This document shows, one piece after another, positions 1 through 8,811 of a DNA stretch of 64,000 nt. Where the stretch lies: contig CAYUZX010000011.1 in assembly GCA_964449285.1 (NCBI GenBank), positions 612-64,611 of the forward strand, written 5' to 3'. The first letter of the stretch is position 1. Each line of letters opens with the position of its first letter. Source of the DNA: an uncultured Prolixibacteraceae bacterium. GTDB lineage: Bacteria > Bacteroidota > Bacteroidia > Bacteroidales > FEN-979. The notes beneath the pieces are model-generated. The model searched no databases, had not been told where the DNA came from, and worked only from the letters and a program-made list of their open reading frames with translations. The position numbers and the translations under genes were made by a program.

Positions 1-1359
1 TACCAGGGAAATCCAGAACCCGATTCTCTCATTGATTTAGCTGGGAACCTCTTTTCTCCTTACCACGCAACCGCACAGATTGAGGAATCGGATATCTTGA
101 ACGATGGAAACACATTTTATTATTTTCATCATATTCCTCAAGATCCCGAGCCACGTGTTAAACCCGAATTGGTCGATACAAATGTGGTGAAGGCAAGAGA
201 GAAAGTATACGATTTCGATACGTTAGGATGCTGCCCTTCCAGGCTCGAATCCCAGGGAACTCCAGGGGATCTATTGGATATGATGGCTTCAGAACAGCAA
301 GACATTGATTTACTACAGAACGAATATCTTACCCTTGTTGACGGAGGCAGTACCGAAGAATTAAATACCGAGGTTTTCATGAGTATCCCTCCCGATGCCG
401 TATCTTTGCATCAAGAGTTGCTGAGCAACTCTCCCTATTTATCCGATACGGTGATGCAGACCACTATTGCCAAAGAGAATGTACTCCCCAATGCCATGAT
501 ACGGGATATCCTGGTTGCCAATCCGCAATCGGCAAAGTCAACTGCCATTTTGGGCGAATTAAATAACCGATTTGTACCTATGCCCGAACCGATGATGGAT
601 GAGATCCTTGCCGGACAATCGCTGATTTCCGATATAGAAGTCATGGAAGGTGAGATTGCCTCACGCCAATCAAAACGACAGGATCTGTTTTACCGGCTCA
701 TCAGATCATACAAAGCTGATACGGTGAATGAAGGGTCCCATGACAGTCTAATTGCGCTGCTTCAGGGGGAGTTCTCATTGAAGGCTAAATACATGCTTGC
801 GTTTGAGTACCTCAAACTTGGGGATACTACCAATGTCACCAATACACTGAATGCAATTCCCAATACCTTTGAGTTATCGAATGAACAGGAAGATTTGTAT
901 ATTGATTATCAGGATTATTTCGATATACTCGTTACACTCAAATCGGAAAACAAATCGATCCTTGAATTAACACAGGGACAGATCACAGCGCTTCAAAATC
1001 TCTTCGTTACCGGCCGGGAACCTGTCAGTTCTTATGCCCGGAATATATTACTGGCCAACAACCTGATGCAATATTTTGAACCAATCCTGTTGCCCGATCT
1101 GACCAGGTACCCTCCATCGAAACCATTTGTAGAACCTGAGCCGATCACATTGGATGACTATTTCAAGGTGTTCCCAAATCCTGCAAAATACTATTTGATT
1201 GTTGAATACAATCTGAAGGATGATTTCATAGCCACTTCCGGATTGTCATTCAAAATCTATGATGCGTCGGGAAAGCAAATCGATCAGGTATTCATCCGAA
1301 AGCAACAGGATCAGATGAGCATTCCGGTTGAGTCATATAGCCCTGGCGTATACATTTGA
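1..1359 (+). CDS. Secreted protein with T9SS (Por) C-terminal sorting domain; 5' partial; sorting domain cut by an in-frame TGA
   Basis: Frame 1 has no stop from nt 1, and the track start at 97 is only a TTG. The tail FKVFPNPAKYYLIVEYNL...ESYSPGVYI fits the T9SS CTD pattern. The CTD continues in frame past the stop (finding 1357-1416). Confidence 0.7.
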   Translation, partial: YQGNPEPDSLIDLAGNLFSPYHATAQIEESDILNDGNTFYYFHHIPQDPEPRVKPELVDTNVVKAREKVYDFDTLGCCPSRLESQGTPGDLLDMMASEQQDIDLLQNEYLTLVDGGSTEELNTEVFMSIPPDAVSLHQELLSNSPYLSDTVMQTTIAKENVLPNAMIRDILVANPQSAKSTAILGELNNRFVPMPEPMMDEILAGQSLISDIEVMEGEIASRQSKRQDLFYRLIRSYKADTVNEGSHDSLIALLQGEFSLKAKYMLAFEYLKLGDTTNVTNTLNAIPNTFELSNEQEDLYIDYQDYFDILVTLKSENKSILELTQGQITALQNLFVTGREPVSSYARNILLANNLMQYFEPILLPDLTRYPPSKPFVEPEPITLDDYFKVFPNPAKYYLIVEYNLKDDFIATSGLSFKIYDASGKQIDQVFIRKQQDQMSIPVESYSPGVYI

Positions 1360-1423
1360 TGCTTATACAATAAAGAGAAAGTTGTGCAAAGCATCCGATT
1401 CACTGTGATTAAATAGGCAAGCT

Positions 1424-3022
1424 ATGAAAAAAGCCTTCTTAATTCAATTACTGGTATTCATTTTGCTCTCAATTCCATTATTTGCCCAGGATTGGCCTAA
1501 AACATACACAGGAACGTATGCCAGTGGGTTAACTGAATCATACGACAATGGATATTTTATCGCTGGTCCGAAAAATACATATGGATACGGAATGATATTT
1601 AAGACGGATATTAATGGCGATTTATTATGGGAGAAAACCGTTGGAAACGGTTATGGTCATTGGTCTATCCGTTCTGTTGAACCGACTCCCGATGGTGGTT
1701 TTATCATATCCGGTGGGATGAAAAAGTATGACCCCGGTTCAGGTAATGATCCGTTTATTATGAAATTCGATGCCTGCGGGTCTCTTGATTGGTGCCAGGT
1801 TATCAACACCAAGAGTTACTATGATTGGGGAATATGTGCAAAAGTTACTCCAACCAATGAATATGTGCTGTTGACCATCTTCTCTGATCCCAGTCCATGG
1901 CATCATACTCAGCTATATAAATTTGATAGCACCGGAGCGTTGATCTGGCGGCAGGATTATCCAGTACAGGGGAGTGCATTCGAAGATACACCCAGTAATT
2001 TACGGATCGATAGCAATTCTTATCTTATATCCGGAATGTGTTACTATCCTGATCCGGGAGTCCCGGGAGGATACGAAAGGCCTTATTACATTTGCACCGA
2101 TACAGCCGGTAATGTTAACTGGAGACTGGTGTATGGAGCAGTGAATGGGTTTCATGGATTTCCTTTCTTTCAACTTTTAAAAAGTTCATCAGGTTTTTTC
2201 TATGATGTCGGCTGGCACAGCAATTTTTGCGATACCCCTGCTTTATGGAAGTTCTCAGAATCTGGAGAAGAACTATATTACCAGGATCTATACCCGGAGG
2301 CTTGTCCGGGAGGGAACAGTGCCTTAAATATATTGAATGATACAACATTTATCCTTGGTGTTGCCGGTACCGTCTATGATACATTTTATATGAAAATTAT
2401 TAAAACAGACACTTTTGGTGTTGAGCAACAAGCACATTATTATACTGAAACCTGGATGAAAGGGACAAATTATGCAATAATGGGCTTGGATTCTAAAGTT
2501 GCATTTCTTTCCCAAATTTCGCAGACAATTTATTTTTATAAAGTCAATGAAAATTTGGAATTCGACAGTATCTATACCATGCCAAGAACCTATGACAGTT
2601 TATGCCCTTATCCGATTGTATCTGACACTGTTGATCCTGATTGTGGGTTGATTGTCAGCATTCAAGATCCTGAGAAGAATCCCGAAGCATACCGGTTGAA
2701 GGTATATCCCAATCCGGCTACCAACAAGGTCACGGTGGAGATTCCCGAATTTTTAATAAAACGTTCCGGTACACTGGTAGGGGCGGGTTCCAAACCCGCC
2801 CCTGATGGATCCGGATTTCAAGTTACAACAGTTTACCATCAATGGGGATCAGCCACATTAGTGGTATATGATTTGTTTGGGAGGAAGATGATGGAGCAGT
2901 TGGTATTGCAGGCAGATCGGGAAGTGGAGGTGGAAGTGAGTCAATGGCAAGGTGGGATGTATGTGTTCAGGTTGAGCTACCGGGGGGAGACAGTGGCGAC
3001 GGAAAAGGTGGTGGTGGAATGA
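1424..3022 (+). CDS. Secreted repeat protein with T9SS C-terminal sorting domain
   Basis: Signal peptide MKKAFLIQLLVFILLSIPLFAQ. Recurrent DGG(F/Y)I.SG / G.L.W motifs. C-terminus KVYPNPATNKVTVEI...GMYVFRLSYRGETVATEKVVVE is a typical T9SS CTD. Confidence 0.8.
   Translation: MKKAFLIQLLVFILLSIPLFAQDWPKTYTGTYASGLTESYDNGYFIAGPKNTYGYGMIFKTDINGDLLWEKTVGNGYGHWSIRSVEPTPDGGFIISGGMKKYDPGSGNDPFIMKFDACGSLDWCQVINTKSYYDWGICAKVTPTNEYVLLTIFSDPSPWHHTQLYKFDSTGALIWRQDYPVQGSAFEDTPSNLRIDSNSYLISGMCYYPDPGVPGGYERPYYICTDTAGNVNWRLVYGAVNGFHGFPFFQLLKSSSGFFYDVGWHSNFCDTPALWKFSESGEELYYQDLYPEACPGGNSALNILNDTTFILGVAGTVYDTFYMKIIKTDTFGVEQQAHYYTETWMKGTNYAIMGLDSKVAFLSQISQTIYFYKVNENLEFDSIYTMPRTYDSLCPYPIVSDTVDPDCGLIVSIQDPEKNPEAYRLKVYPNPATNKVTVEIPEFLIKRSGTLVGAGSKPAPDGSGFQVTTVYHQWGSATLVVYDLFGRKMMEQLVLQADREVEVEVSQWQGGMYVFRLSYRGETVATEKVVVE
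2780..2802. repeat. GC-rich perfect palindrome GGGGCGGGTT-CCA-AACCCGCCCC lying inside the CDS
   Basis: A 10-bp stem read directly. A near-identical element (GTAGGGACGGGTT-CCG-AACCCGCCCCTAC) sits intergenically at 60973-61001. Confidence 0.8.
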
Positions 3023-3023
3023 A

Positions 3024-3415
3024 TGACCCCTCCCCGGCCCTCCCCTTGAAGGGGAGGGAGACCTGATTCCGACAGTTATTGTCCGTTTCGATTTTTCAAC
3101 CTTTGTTGAATCTCCTTCCGGATGCATTGCATTACTCTTCCAAAGTGGTTTTTAATTTCTTCATTTGTGAATCGTATGACTTTTATATCAAACCGATCCA
3201 ATTCTGCTGTGCGGTTCTCATCATGTTCTTTTTGCTCAGGCCGGTCATGATAAAGGCCATCAACTTCAATAACCAGTCGGGCTTGCATTAAAAAAATACG
3301 ATGGTTCTCTTGTCTTTTTCAGATAAGTCATTATATAAAGTTTAAATGAAACATCACTATTATCTACCCGACTATCATCTCCCTCCCCTTCAAGGGGAGG
3401 GCCGGGGAGGGGTCA
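3024..3415. mobile_element. MITE-like cassette: 38-bp perfect terminal inverted repeats enclosing a DUF559 gene fragment
   Basis: 3024-3061 TGACCCCTCCCCGGCCCTCCCCTTGAAGGGGAGGGAGA is the exact reverse complement of 3378-3415. Each arm is itself a hairpin (CCCTCCCCTT-G-AAGGGGAGGG). Confidence 0.55.
3076..3288 (-). pseudogene. DUF559 (Vsr-like endonuclease fold) C-terminal fragment
   Basis: ARLVIEVDGLYHDRPEQKEHDENRTAELDRFDIKVIRFTNEEI matches the C-terminal half of DUF559 proteins. A TAA lies immediately upstream of the ATG, and no N-terminal half is found in any frame of 3289-3377. Confidence 0.6.
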
Positions 3416-3566
3416 ATTGCGCCAGCAAAGGCCGGGGAGGGGTCATAATCCCATTAATCAGAAAAACAGAGAAAAGGTTATATGCTTAACGGGAATTTAT
3501 TCAGGTTATCTTTGTATATGGTCAACACCGTCGGCGTGTCCACTTGACAAGATGCCGTAGATTTAA

Positions 3567-3574
3567 TATCTTTG
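3567..3574 (+). promoter_or_regulatory. Candidate Bacteroidota -7 box (TATCTTTG = TAnnTTTG)
   Basis: Motif match 36 nt upstream of the ATG at 3610. No TSS data. Confidence 0.3.
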
Positions 3575-3609
3575 TACAAATTTAAAGACAAACTTTAAAA
3601 ACGTACGCA

Positions 3610-4764
3610 ATGACCTATATCAGACGTGAAATGGAAGCGGAATGCCGTTCGATGATAAATCAGTATCCGGTTGTTACTCTTATAGGCCCAAGACAATCCG
3701 GAAAAAAAACACTTGTGAGGCACCTTTTCCCCGACCTTCCATATTATAGTTTTGAGAACCCTGATGTCAGAATGTTGGTTCAACAAGATCCGAGAGGATT
3801 TCTTCTTGAGATTCCCCGTGGAGCGATCCTTGATGAAATACAGCATGTTCCTGAACTACCATCATATCTTCAGCAGGTTGCTGATGAAAAAAAGGGGAAG
3901 GTGAAATTCATCCTTACCGGTAGTAGTCATTTTATGATCATGGAGAAGGTAACTCAATCGCTCGCAGGAAGAACAGCCGTCCTGAAATTGCTTCCATTAT
4001 CATTTGGCGAACTTGGTAAGCGAACTCGCATAGACACAGACAGGCTTCTGTTTGATGGTTTTTTCCCAGTTATCTGGGCTGAGAAGAGGGATCCCTACAA
4101 AACATACAGGAACTATTATGAAACATATCTTCAAAAGGATGTAAGGAGGCTAATTCATTTAAAAGACCAGCATCTGTTCCAGAAATTCATTGGGATTTGT
4201 GCAGGAAGGATCGGGAGCCTATTTAACGCTAGTGCGGTAGCGAGTGAGATAGGCGTTTCGGTTCCGACTGTTAAATCCTGGCTTTCTGTATTGGAGGCTT
4301 CTTTTGTGGTATTCATGCTTCAGCCATGGCACGAAAATGTCACATCAAGGTTAATTAAAACACCAAAACTCTATTTCTGTGACACCGGCCTTGCTGCTTA
4401 TTTGCTGGGGATTGAAAAGCAAGAGCAAATGAAACGTGATCCTTTACGCGGAGTGTTGTTTGAGAATATGGTAGTTGTTGAGTTGATCAAGCGTCGGTAC
4501 AATCGGGGCGCTGATAATCCGTTGTTTTTCTACCGTGATAACCATCAAAATGAAATTGATTTGGTCGTTCGTGATGGCCAGGATGTCATCTGCATTGAGA
4601 TCAAATCTGCCGCCACGTTTCATTCCGACTTTCTCCGAACCCTGGATAAAGCCGGAAAACTGTTGAACAGATCTGTAAGCAGGAAAATGATTGTTTACGA
4701 TGGAGAAATTGAGCGAGGTGGGGAAACAGAGATCGTGAATGTGAGGAATATGAGGGTTTTCTGA
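3610..4764 (+). CDS. AAA+ ATPase with DUF4143 domain (COG1373-type)
   Basis: Walker A GPRQSGKKTL, Walker B AILDEIQ, then LTGSS...SLAGR and a C-terminal DUF4143-like region. Length and order are typical of the family. Confidence 0.85.
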   Translation: MTYIRREMEAECRSMINQYPVVTLIGPRQSGKKTLVRHLFPDLPYYSFENPDVRMLVQQDPRGFLLEIPRGAILDEIQHVPELPSYLQQVADEKKGKVKFILTGSSHFMIMEKVTQSLAGRTAVLKLLPLSFGELGKRTRIDTDRLLFDGFFPVIWAEKRDPYKTYRNYYETYLQKDVRRLIHLKDQHLFQKFIGICAGRIGSLFNASAVASEIGVSVPTVKSWLSVLEASFVVFMLQPWHENVTSRLIKTPKLYFCDTGLAAYLLGIEKQEQMKRDPLRGVLFENMVVVELIKRRYNRGADNPLFFYRDNHQNEIDLVVRDGQDVICIEIKSAATFHSDFLRTLDKAGKLLNRSVSRKMIVYDGEIERGGETEIVNVRNMRVF

Positions 4765-4888
4765 TTTTGGGGAGTCATTCTTTTTCTTGTGATTCGTTTT
4801 GTTCAATCTGCTACGTTTAATTGGAATATTGGCGGCATTATAAATTGAAATCGGGCTAGGGTTATCCTATCAAGTCTCATCTTCTCCT

Positions 4889-5167
4889 TCAAGGTTTCTT
4901 CTTTAACTTCAAGTACTGTAAGGCTGTATACAATGTTATACGCGGCCTTTTAGCAAGAGGATCGAAAAGAGTCGTTAGTTCCTGATAAGTTCCGGGAATA
5001 GAGATTCCGATTGCTGCAGAAAACGGCTGCCGGATTATACGTTCCCTCACATTTCTATACCCCCATACCCAAAAAGGGAGATGGCAGGAAGGTAGACGAT
5101 CCCGTATCTCACACAATTTCAGATCACAAATAACGAGTTTAGATATATATTTATCGTAAACTTGCAT
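4889..5167 (-). CDS. Hypothetical 92-aa protein (unrecognised)
   Basis: Only ORF in the 420-nt gap between the ATPase and the kinase. No recognisable motifs. Confidence 0.25.
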   Translation of the reverse strand: MQVYDKYISKLVICDLKLCEIRDRLPSCHLPFWVWGYRNVRERIIRQPFSAAIGISIPGTYQELTTLFDPLAKRPRITLYTALQYLKLKKKP

Positions 5168-5184
5168 GATTAAACGCCGCTATC

Positions 5185-7089
5185 GTGAATCGCTGCTTCT
5201 GTTGTTTGTCTATCCTGACTCTCTCTCTCGTTCTGTGCTTCTCCTGTAACAGGCCGGCGGAGCTGCCTTACGCTAAACTTGATCCTTCCCGGGAAGCTGT
5301 TCTGAGAGATTCGATCAGAACGCTGGATTCGCTGGTCACCGTTTACAAAATTCGAAATCCCCGTCTTGCTAAGAACCATGCATATGATGCATTATCGTTA
5401 GCAATTAAGAGCAATGATCCATTATTGCTTGCCAGAGCGTATAGACTGGTCGGATATTCCATGATCAACACAAACGAGGATTCCAGTTTTATCTATTACA
5501 ACAGAGGGTTACAGATTGCAGACTCATTTGACCTTGTTGATGAAAAATCCCATCTCTACTATAATGTGGCTGTCGTTTATCAGGAAGCTCAGGATTACCA
5601 GACAGCCTTATCGTTTTTTGATTCCGCCAGAAGGATGTTTGCAAAAAATGGGGATTTCGCGAATTTATCAAGCGCCTATTGTGCTATTGCAAACATTAAG
5701 CACGATTTATTTGATTTTACAGGGGCCCGGCAAGCTTATGATACGGCATTATCCATTGCAGTCGACAACGGTTTTAGTAAACAAAAAGGAGTCGCCCTTG
5801 CGAACCTGATTAAATATGTGGAAAACAATGATACAGTAATCCGGATGCAAAAAGAGGCGATCAATTGCCTTGAAAAATCCAGCGGAAATGAAGAAGAAAT
5901 AGCTACCGTCCTGATGAACATAGGGAATTACTTTACTAACCCGGATTCAGCTCTTGATTATTATCTGGAAGCCATCACCCTTGGAGAAACCTATTTTCTG
6001 AATGAAGTGATGATTGGTGTATATAACAACATGGCATATAGCTTTCTGGAAAAAGGTGACGTTGTACAAGCTGAAGGATGCCTGAAAGATCATGCCATTC
6101 CTCTTGCACAAGCAGATTCCAATTTCGATTGGCTCTCTACACTTTATGATTCTTATGCGGATGTATTCGTTGCCAAAGGGAAATTCAAGGATGCTTTCCT
6201 TTATGAGCGAAAAGCCCTGGAGGCAAAAGCGGAATTTGATATCAGGAGGGCAGCCGGACAGGTCCGTTTGCTTGCCGCTCTTCTGGACCTAAAGAACAAG
6301 GAGTTGATGATCCAGGCAAAGAGTAAGCAGGTATTGGCAGAAGAGAACCGGAGCAAACAGATCCTCCTTTGGTTGATCATCGCTATTGTGGTATCCATTG
6401 GGCTGGGAGTCCTGGTTTTCATCCTTTCTCAACGTCACCGGCTAAAAATGCAACGACAGAAACTGGATTCGGCGACCCGCATTCTCCGGATGGAGGAGCA
6501 GGAGAAGGAGCGGGTTGGAAGGGAGTTGCATGACCTGACCGGACAGGTGATCCTGGGAATTGCCGGGGAGCTAGACCAGGCCAGGTTTTCCGATCCGGTG
6601 CAACAGGAGCAGTTGCAGAAACGCGTTCGCGAGATTGGAAACGGGATCAGGGAGATCTCTCACCGGATGGCAAAACCGGGTATGCATCACCTTTCATTTC
6701 AAGAACTGGTTGCCGATTTGTGCGAGAGTTACCGAAAATCGCTGGGAATGAACATTGGATTAAAAATACACTCGGATTTACCCGACATACCATACGAAAC
6801 AGCCATGCATCTCTACCGGGTTATCCAGGAGTTACTCACCAATGCCGGGAAATATGCCAGAGAATACGTTGTGGCTCTTACAGTAAACTACGAGGGAAAG
6901 ATGCTGGAGATCTTCTATTCTGATGAGGGTCCGGGATTTGATCCTGCGCTTTCAGTGAACAAGGGAATGGGATTATCCATTATCTTTGAGCGGATCAAAC
7001 TTATTGATGGGGATGCAAGCCTTGATTCAAGTCCCGGTGTTGGTACCTTCTGGGAAATAAAGGTGCCTATCAATCATACAACCAAATGA
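5185..7089 (+). CDS. Sensor histidine kinase, TPR-repeat sensor, one TM, HisKA_3 (NarX/DegS-type) + HATPase_c
   Basis: GTG start. Signal/lipobox-like N-terminus. TPR-like repeats in the N-terminal ~380 aa. TM segment ILLWLIIAIVVSIGLGVLVFIL. H-box ERVGRELHDLTGQ, N-box ELLTNAGKYA, DEGPGF, GMGLSII. Confidence 0.9.
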   Translation: MNRCFCCLSILTLSLVLCFSCNRPAELPYAKLDPSREAVLRDSIRTLDSLVTVYKIRNPRLAKNHAYDALSLAIKSNDPLLLARAYRLVGYSMINTNEDSSFIYYNRGLQIADSFDLVDEKSHLYYNVAVVYQEAQDYQTALSFFDSARRMFAKNGDFANLSSAYCAIANIKHDLFDFTGARQAYDTALSIAVDNGFSKQKGVALANLIKYVENNDTVIRMQKEAINCLEKSSGNEEEIATVLMNIGNYFTNPDSALDYYLEAITLGETYFLNEVMIGVYNNMAYSFLEKGDVVQAEGCLKDHAIPLAQADSNFDWLSTLYDSYADVFVAKGKFKDAFLYERKALEAKAEFDIRRAAGQVRLLAALLDLKNKELMIQAKSKQVLAEENRSKQILLWLIIAIVVSIGLGVLVFILSQRHRLKMQRQKLDSATRILRMEEQEKERVGRELHDLTGQVILGIAGELDQARFSDPVQQEQLQKRVREIGNGIREISHRMAKPGMHHLSFQELVADLCESYRKSLGMNIGLKIHSDLPDIPYETAMHLYRVIQELLTNAGKYAREYVVALTVNYEGKMLEIFYSDEGPGFDPALSVNKGMGLSIIFERIKLIDGDASLDSSPGVGTFWEIKVPINHTTK

Positions 7090-7105
7090 ATCATTCAACG
7101 CTCCG

Positions 7106-7738
7106 ATGATCAGGATTTTTGTTATCGAAGGCCATGCGGTTACCTCTTCGGGAATTCGGAATTTTTTCAGGGCATCACGGGATGGCATGGCCGTTACCGG
7201 GTGTGTCACGCGGGTTGATGAAGCCCTGGAGAAAGCAGATCCTTCCCAAACCGACCTCTTCTTACTCGACCTTTGGATCCACTCCACAAACCCTTTAGAG
7301 AACCTTCGCCTACTGAAGGAAAAATTTCCCGGGATACCGGTGGTTATTTTTACATCTGAAGAGTCCCCAATCTGGCAGCAGAAGATGATGGAGGCGGGGG
7401 CCATGGGATACCTGGTAAAGACCGCCTCAAGAATCGAAATCAGATCCGCATTGGAACACATCATGCAAGGACAGGCCGTTTTCTCTGTCTCTATCGATAC
7501 TTTCGATAAAAACAGGGGATTCACATCCACCTCCATGGGGATTGCCGGCACGCTTACAGAGCACCAACACAAACTTCTTACCCTGCTTGCCAATGGTTTA
7601 CCGCAGCGTGAAATGGCATCAAAACTTGGAATTACCACCTCTACGGTGGAGAAAAGTTTCAAATACCTGCGACAGAAATTTGAGGTTAAGACCAATGCGG
7701 AACTGATCAGATGGGTCACAGCAAACCGGCTGATCTGA
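7106..7738 (+). CDS. Response regulator, receiver + LuxR/NarL-type HTH
   Basis: Receiver with phosphoacceptor context LFLLDLWI, FTSE and LVK. The acidic pair reads E-G (VIEGH) rather than D-D. C-terminal HTH LPQREMASKLGITTSTVEKSFKYLRQKF. Confidence 0.85.
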   Translation: MIRIFVIEGHAVTSSGIRNFFRASRDGMAVTGCVTRVDEALEKADPSQTDLFLLDLWIHSTNPLENLRLLKEKFPGIPVVIFTSEESPIWQQKMMEAGAMGYLVKTASRIEIRSALEHIMQGQAVFSVSIDTFDKNRGFTSTSMGIAGTLTEHQHKLLTLLANGLPQREMASKLGITTSTVEKSFKYLRQKFEVKTNAELIRWVTANRLI

Positions 7739-7807
7739 TCCTTTCAGATACCTGATTGGTTCATTCTATCCTTCCCTTTTTTATTTTCTAAAAGAGTCGT
7801 TTCACTA

Positions 7808-7959
7808 AAAATCCGTCGTTTTTTGATTTTAGGTGACGTACAGATTGCACGCCATTATTTTTTGAATTTATATTGATAACCAGAATGTTACTCTTCTTCA
7901 GGGCTATTTTAGCCTGCGGATTTCCGCAGGTGCAATTTACGGTTTTCCGCAATTGACAA
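7808..7959 (+). repeat. Copy 1 of a ~150-nt intergenic hairpin-plus-operator cassette
   Basis: Colinear with 8691-8841. Shared blocks: AAATCCGTCGTTTTTTGATTTT, CAGATTGCACGCCA, TTTTTTGAATT, CTGCGGATTTCCGCAGGT.CAATTTACGG.TTTCCGCAATTGACAA. Confidence 0.85.
7914..7929. promoter_or_regulatory. Perfect palindrome CTGCGGA-TT-TCCGCAG plus a downstream half-site TTCCGCA; candidate operator
   Basis: Read directly. Lies ~95 nt upstream of the ATG at 8023 and immediately downstream of a LuxR-type regulator gene. Confidence 0.45.
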
Positions 7960-8022
7960 ATCATTCCTTCCTCTTTAGATTTACCCTGTCAGAAATATAG
8001 TTTTCAATTAAACAAATTTACC

Positions 8023-8466
8023 ATGAGAACCATTTCATTGTTTTTATTCCTGGCAATCATTTTTGCCGGGGAATCAGTCAAAGCCCAGTATCCTATCCCC
8101 TCTTATAATGTCGCCATCAATTATGCAGCGACGTTTCAGGAAATAGGATCCCCAATAAGTGAGTTTAAAGCTTCAAAGGGCAAGCGGATAGCCAACGTAA
8201 AACTTAAAGGATCTGATAGCCAGTCATTTTGTTCTGCGAGAGTTTGGCTATATAGTATGGATCAAGAAATTATGCTTGGACCCTATTCAATGATGTGCGA
8301 AGATCTCCTTTCTGTTGAAATAGATGACCGCGCATGGGGAGTCATGGTTCAATCAGACGATCACGTATATGTGGATGTATGGATCGAAGATGGGAGTCCC
8401 TTGACAGATGGCAAAGTGGATGCTATGGATACTGGACAGGTGTTGATGAAAGAAACCCTGAAGTAG
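8023..8466 (+). CDS. Small secreted protein (147 aa), unknown function
   Basis: Signal peptide MRTISLFLFLAIIFAGESVKAQ. Preceded by cassette copy 1 and followed by a decayed T9SS CTD in the same frame. Confidence 0.55.
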   Translation: MRTISLFLFLAIIFAGESVKAQYPIPSYNVAINYAATFQEIGSPISEFKASKGKRIANVKLKGSDSQSFCSARVWLYSMDQEIMLGPYSMMCEDLLSVEIDDRAWGVMVQSDDHVYVDVWIEDGSPLTDGKVDAMDTGQVLMKETLK

Positions 8467-8523
8467 GCAAATACGGGGATTCAATGAACGACGAATCCTC
8501 AGGTTTAATTAAATATCCCATGA

Positions 8524-8640
8524 AACACTATATTGTTTATGGTAGTTTACGAGGCTGGTTCCACCCTGCCTGCCGGCATCTATTTATTGAAAGTGATGGA
8601 GGGAGAGAAGGTGATTGGGGTGGAGAAAGTGGTGGTATAA
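8524..8640 (+). pseudogene. Remnant of a T9SS C-terminal sorting domain
   Basis: Frame 1 (the frame of 8023-8466) reads NTILFMVVYEAGSTLPAGIYLLKVMEGEKVIGVEKVVV*, a CTD-like end. It is separated from the upstream ORF by four in-frame stops. Confidence 0.45.
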
Positions 8641-8714
8641 CGTTAGCAGTTTGTTTCGCCTGCGGCTCGTAAAAATTGCCTTGTAGATTCAAATCCGTCG
8701 TTTTTTGATTTTTA

Positions 8715-8745
8715 GTGGCGTGCAGATTGCACGCCACTTTTTTTT
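8715..8745 (+). terminator. Rho-independent terminator-like hairpin
   Basis: GTGGCGTGCA-GAT-TGCACGCCAC (perfect 10-bp stem) followed by eight T. Confidence 0.6.
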
Positions 8746-8795
8746 GAATTGAGTTTGATTATCAGCCCATTACTCTTTTTCAAAGCCATTTTACA

Positions 8796-8811
8796 CTGCG
8801 GATTTCCGCAG
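8796..8811. promoter_or_regulatory. Second copy of palindrome CTGCGGA-TT-TCCGCAG; candidate operator
   Basis: Identical 16-mer to 7914-7929, ~75 nt upstream of the ATG at 8886. Confidence 0.45.

Noticed and set aside
1357-1359. TGA recoding (genetic code 4 or 25) as the explanation for the in-frame stop
   Set aside because: Several well-defined genes in the window end at TGA with family-typical C-termini (for example 4764, 7089, 7738, dsrC at 27225). TGA is therefore a genuine stop here.
7027-7719. 230-aa ORF antisense to the response regulator gene
   Set aside because: It fully overlaps a CDS with clear receiver and HTH motifs. It has no motifs of its own and looks like a shadow ORF.
8334-8672. 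112-aa ORF spanning the end of 8023-8466 and the CTD remnant
   Set aside because: It is out of frame with both the secreted protein and the CTD-like tail. The Gly/Trp/Arg-rich translation looks spurious.
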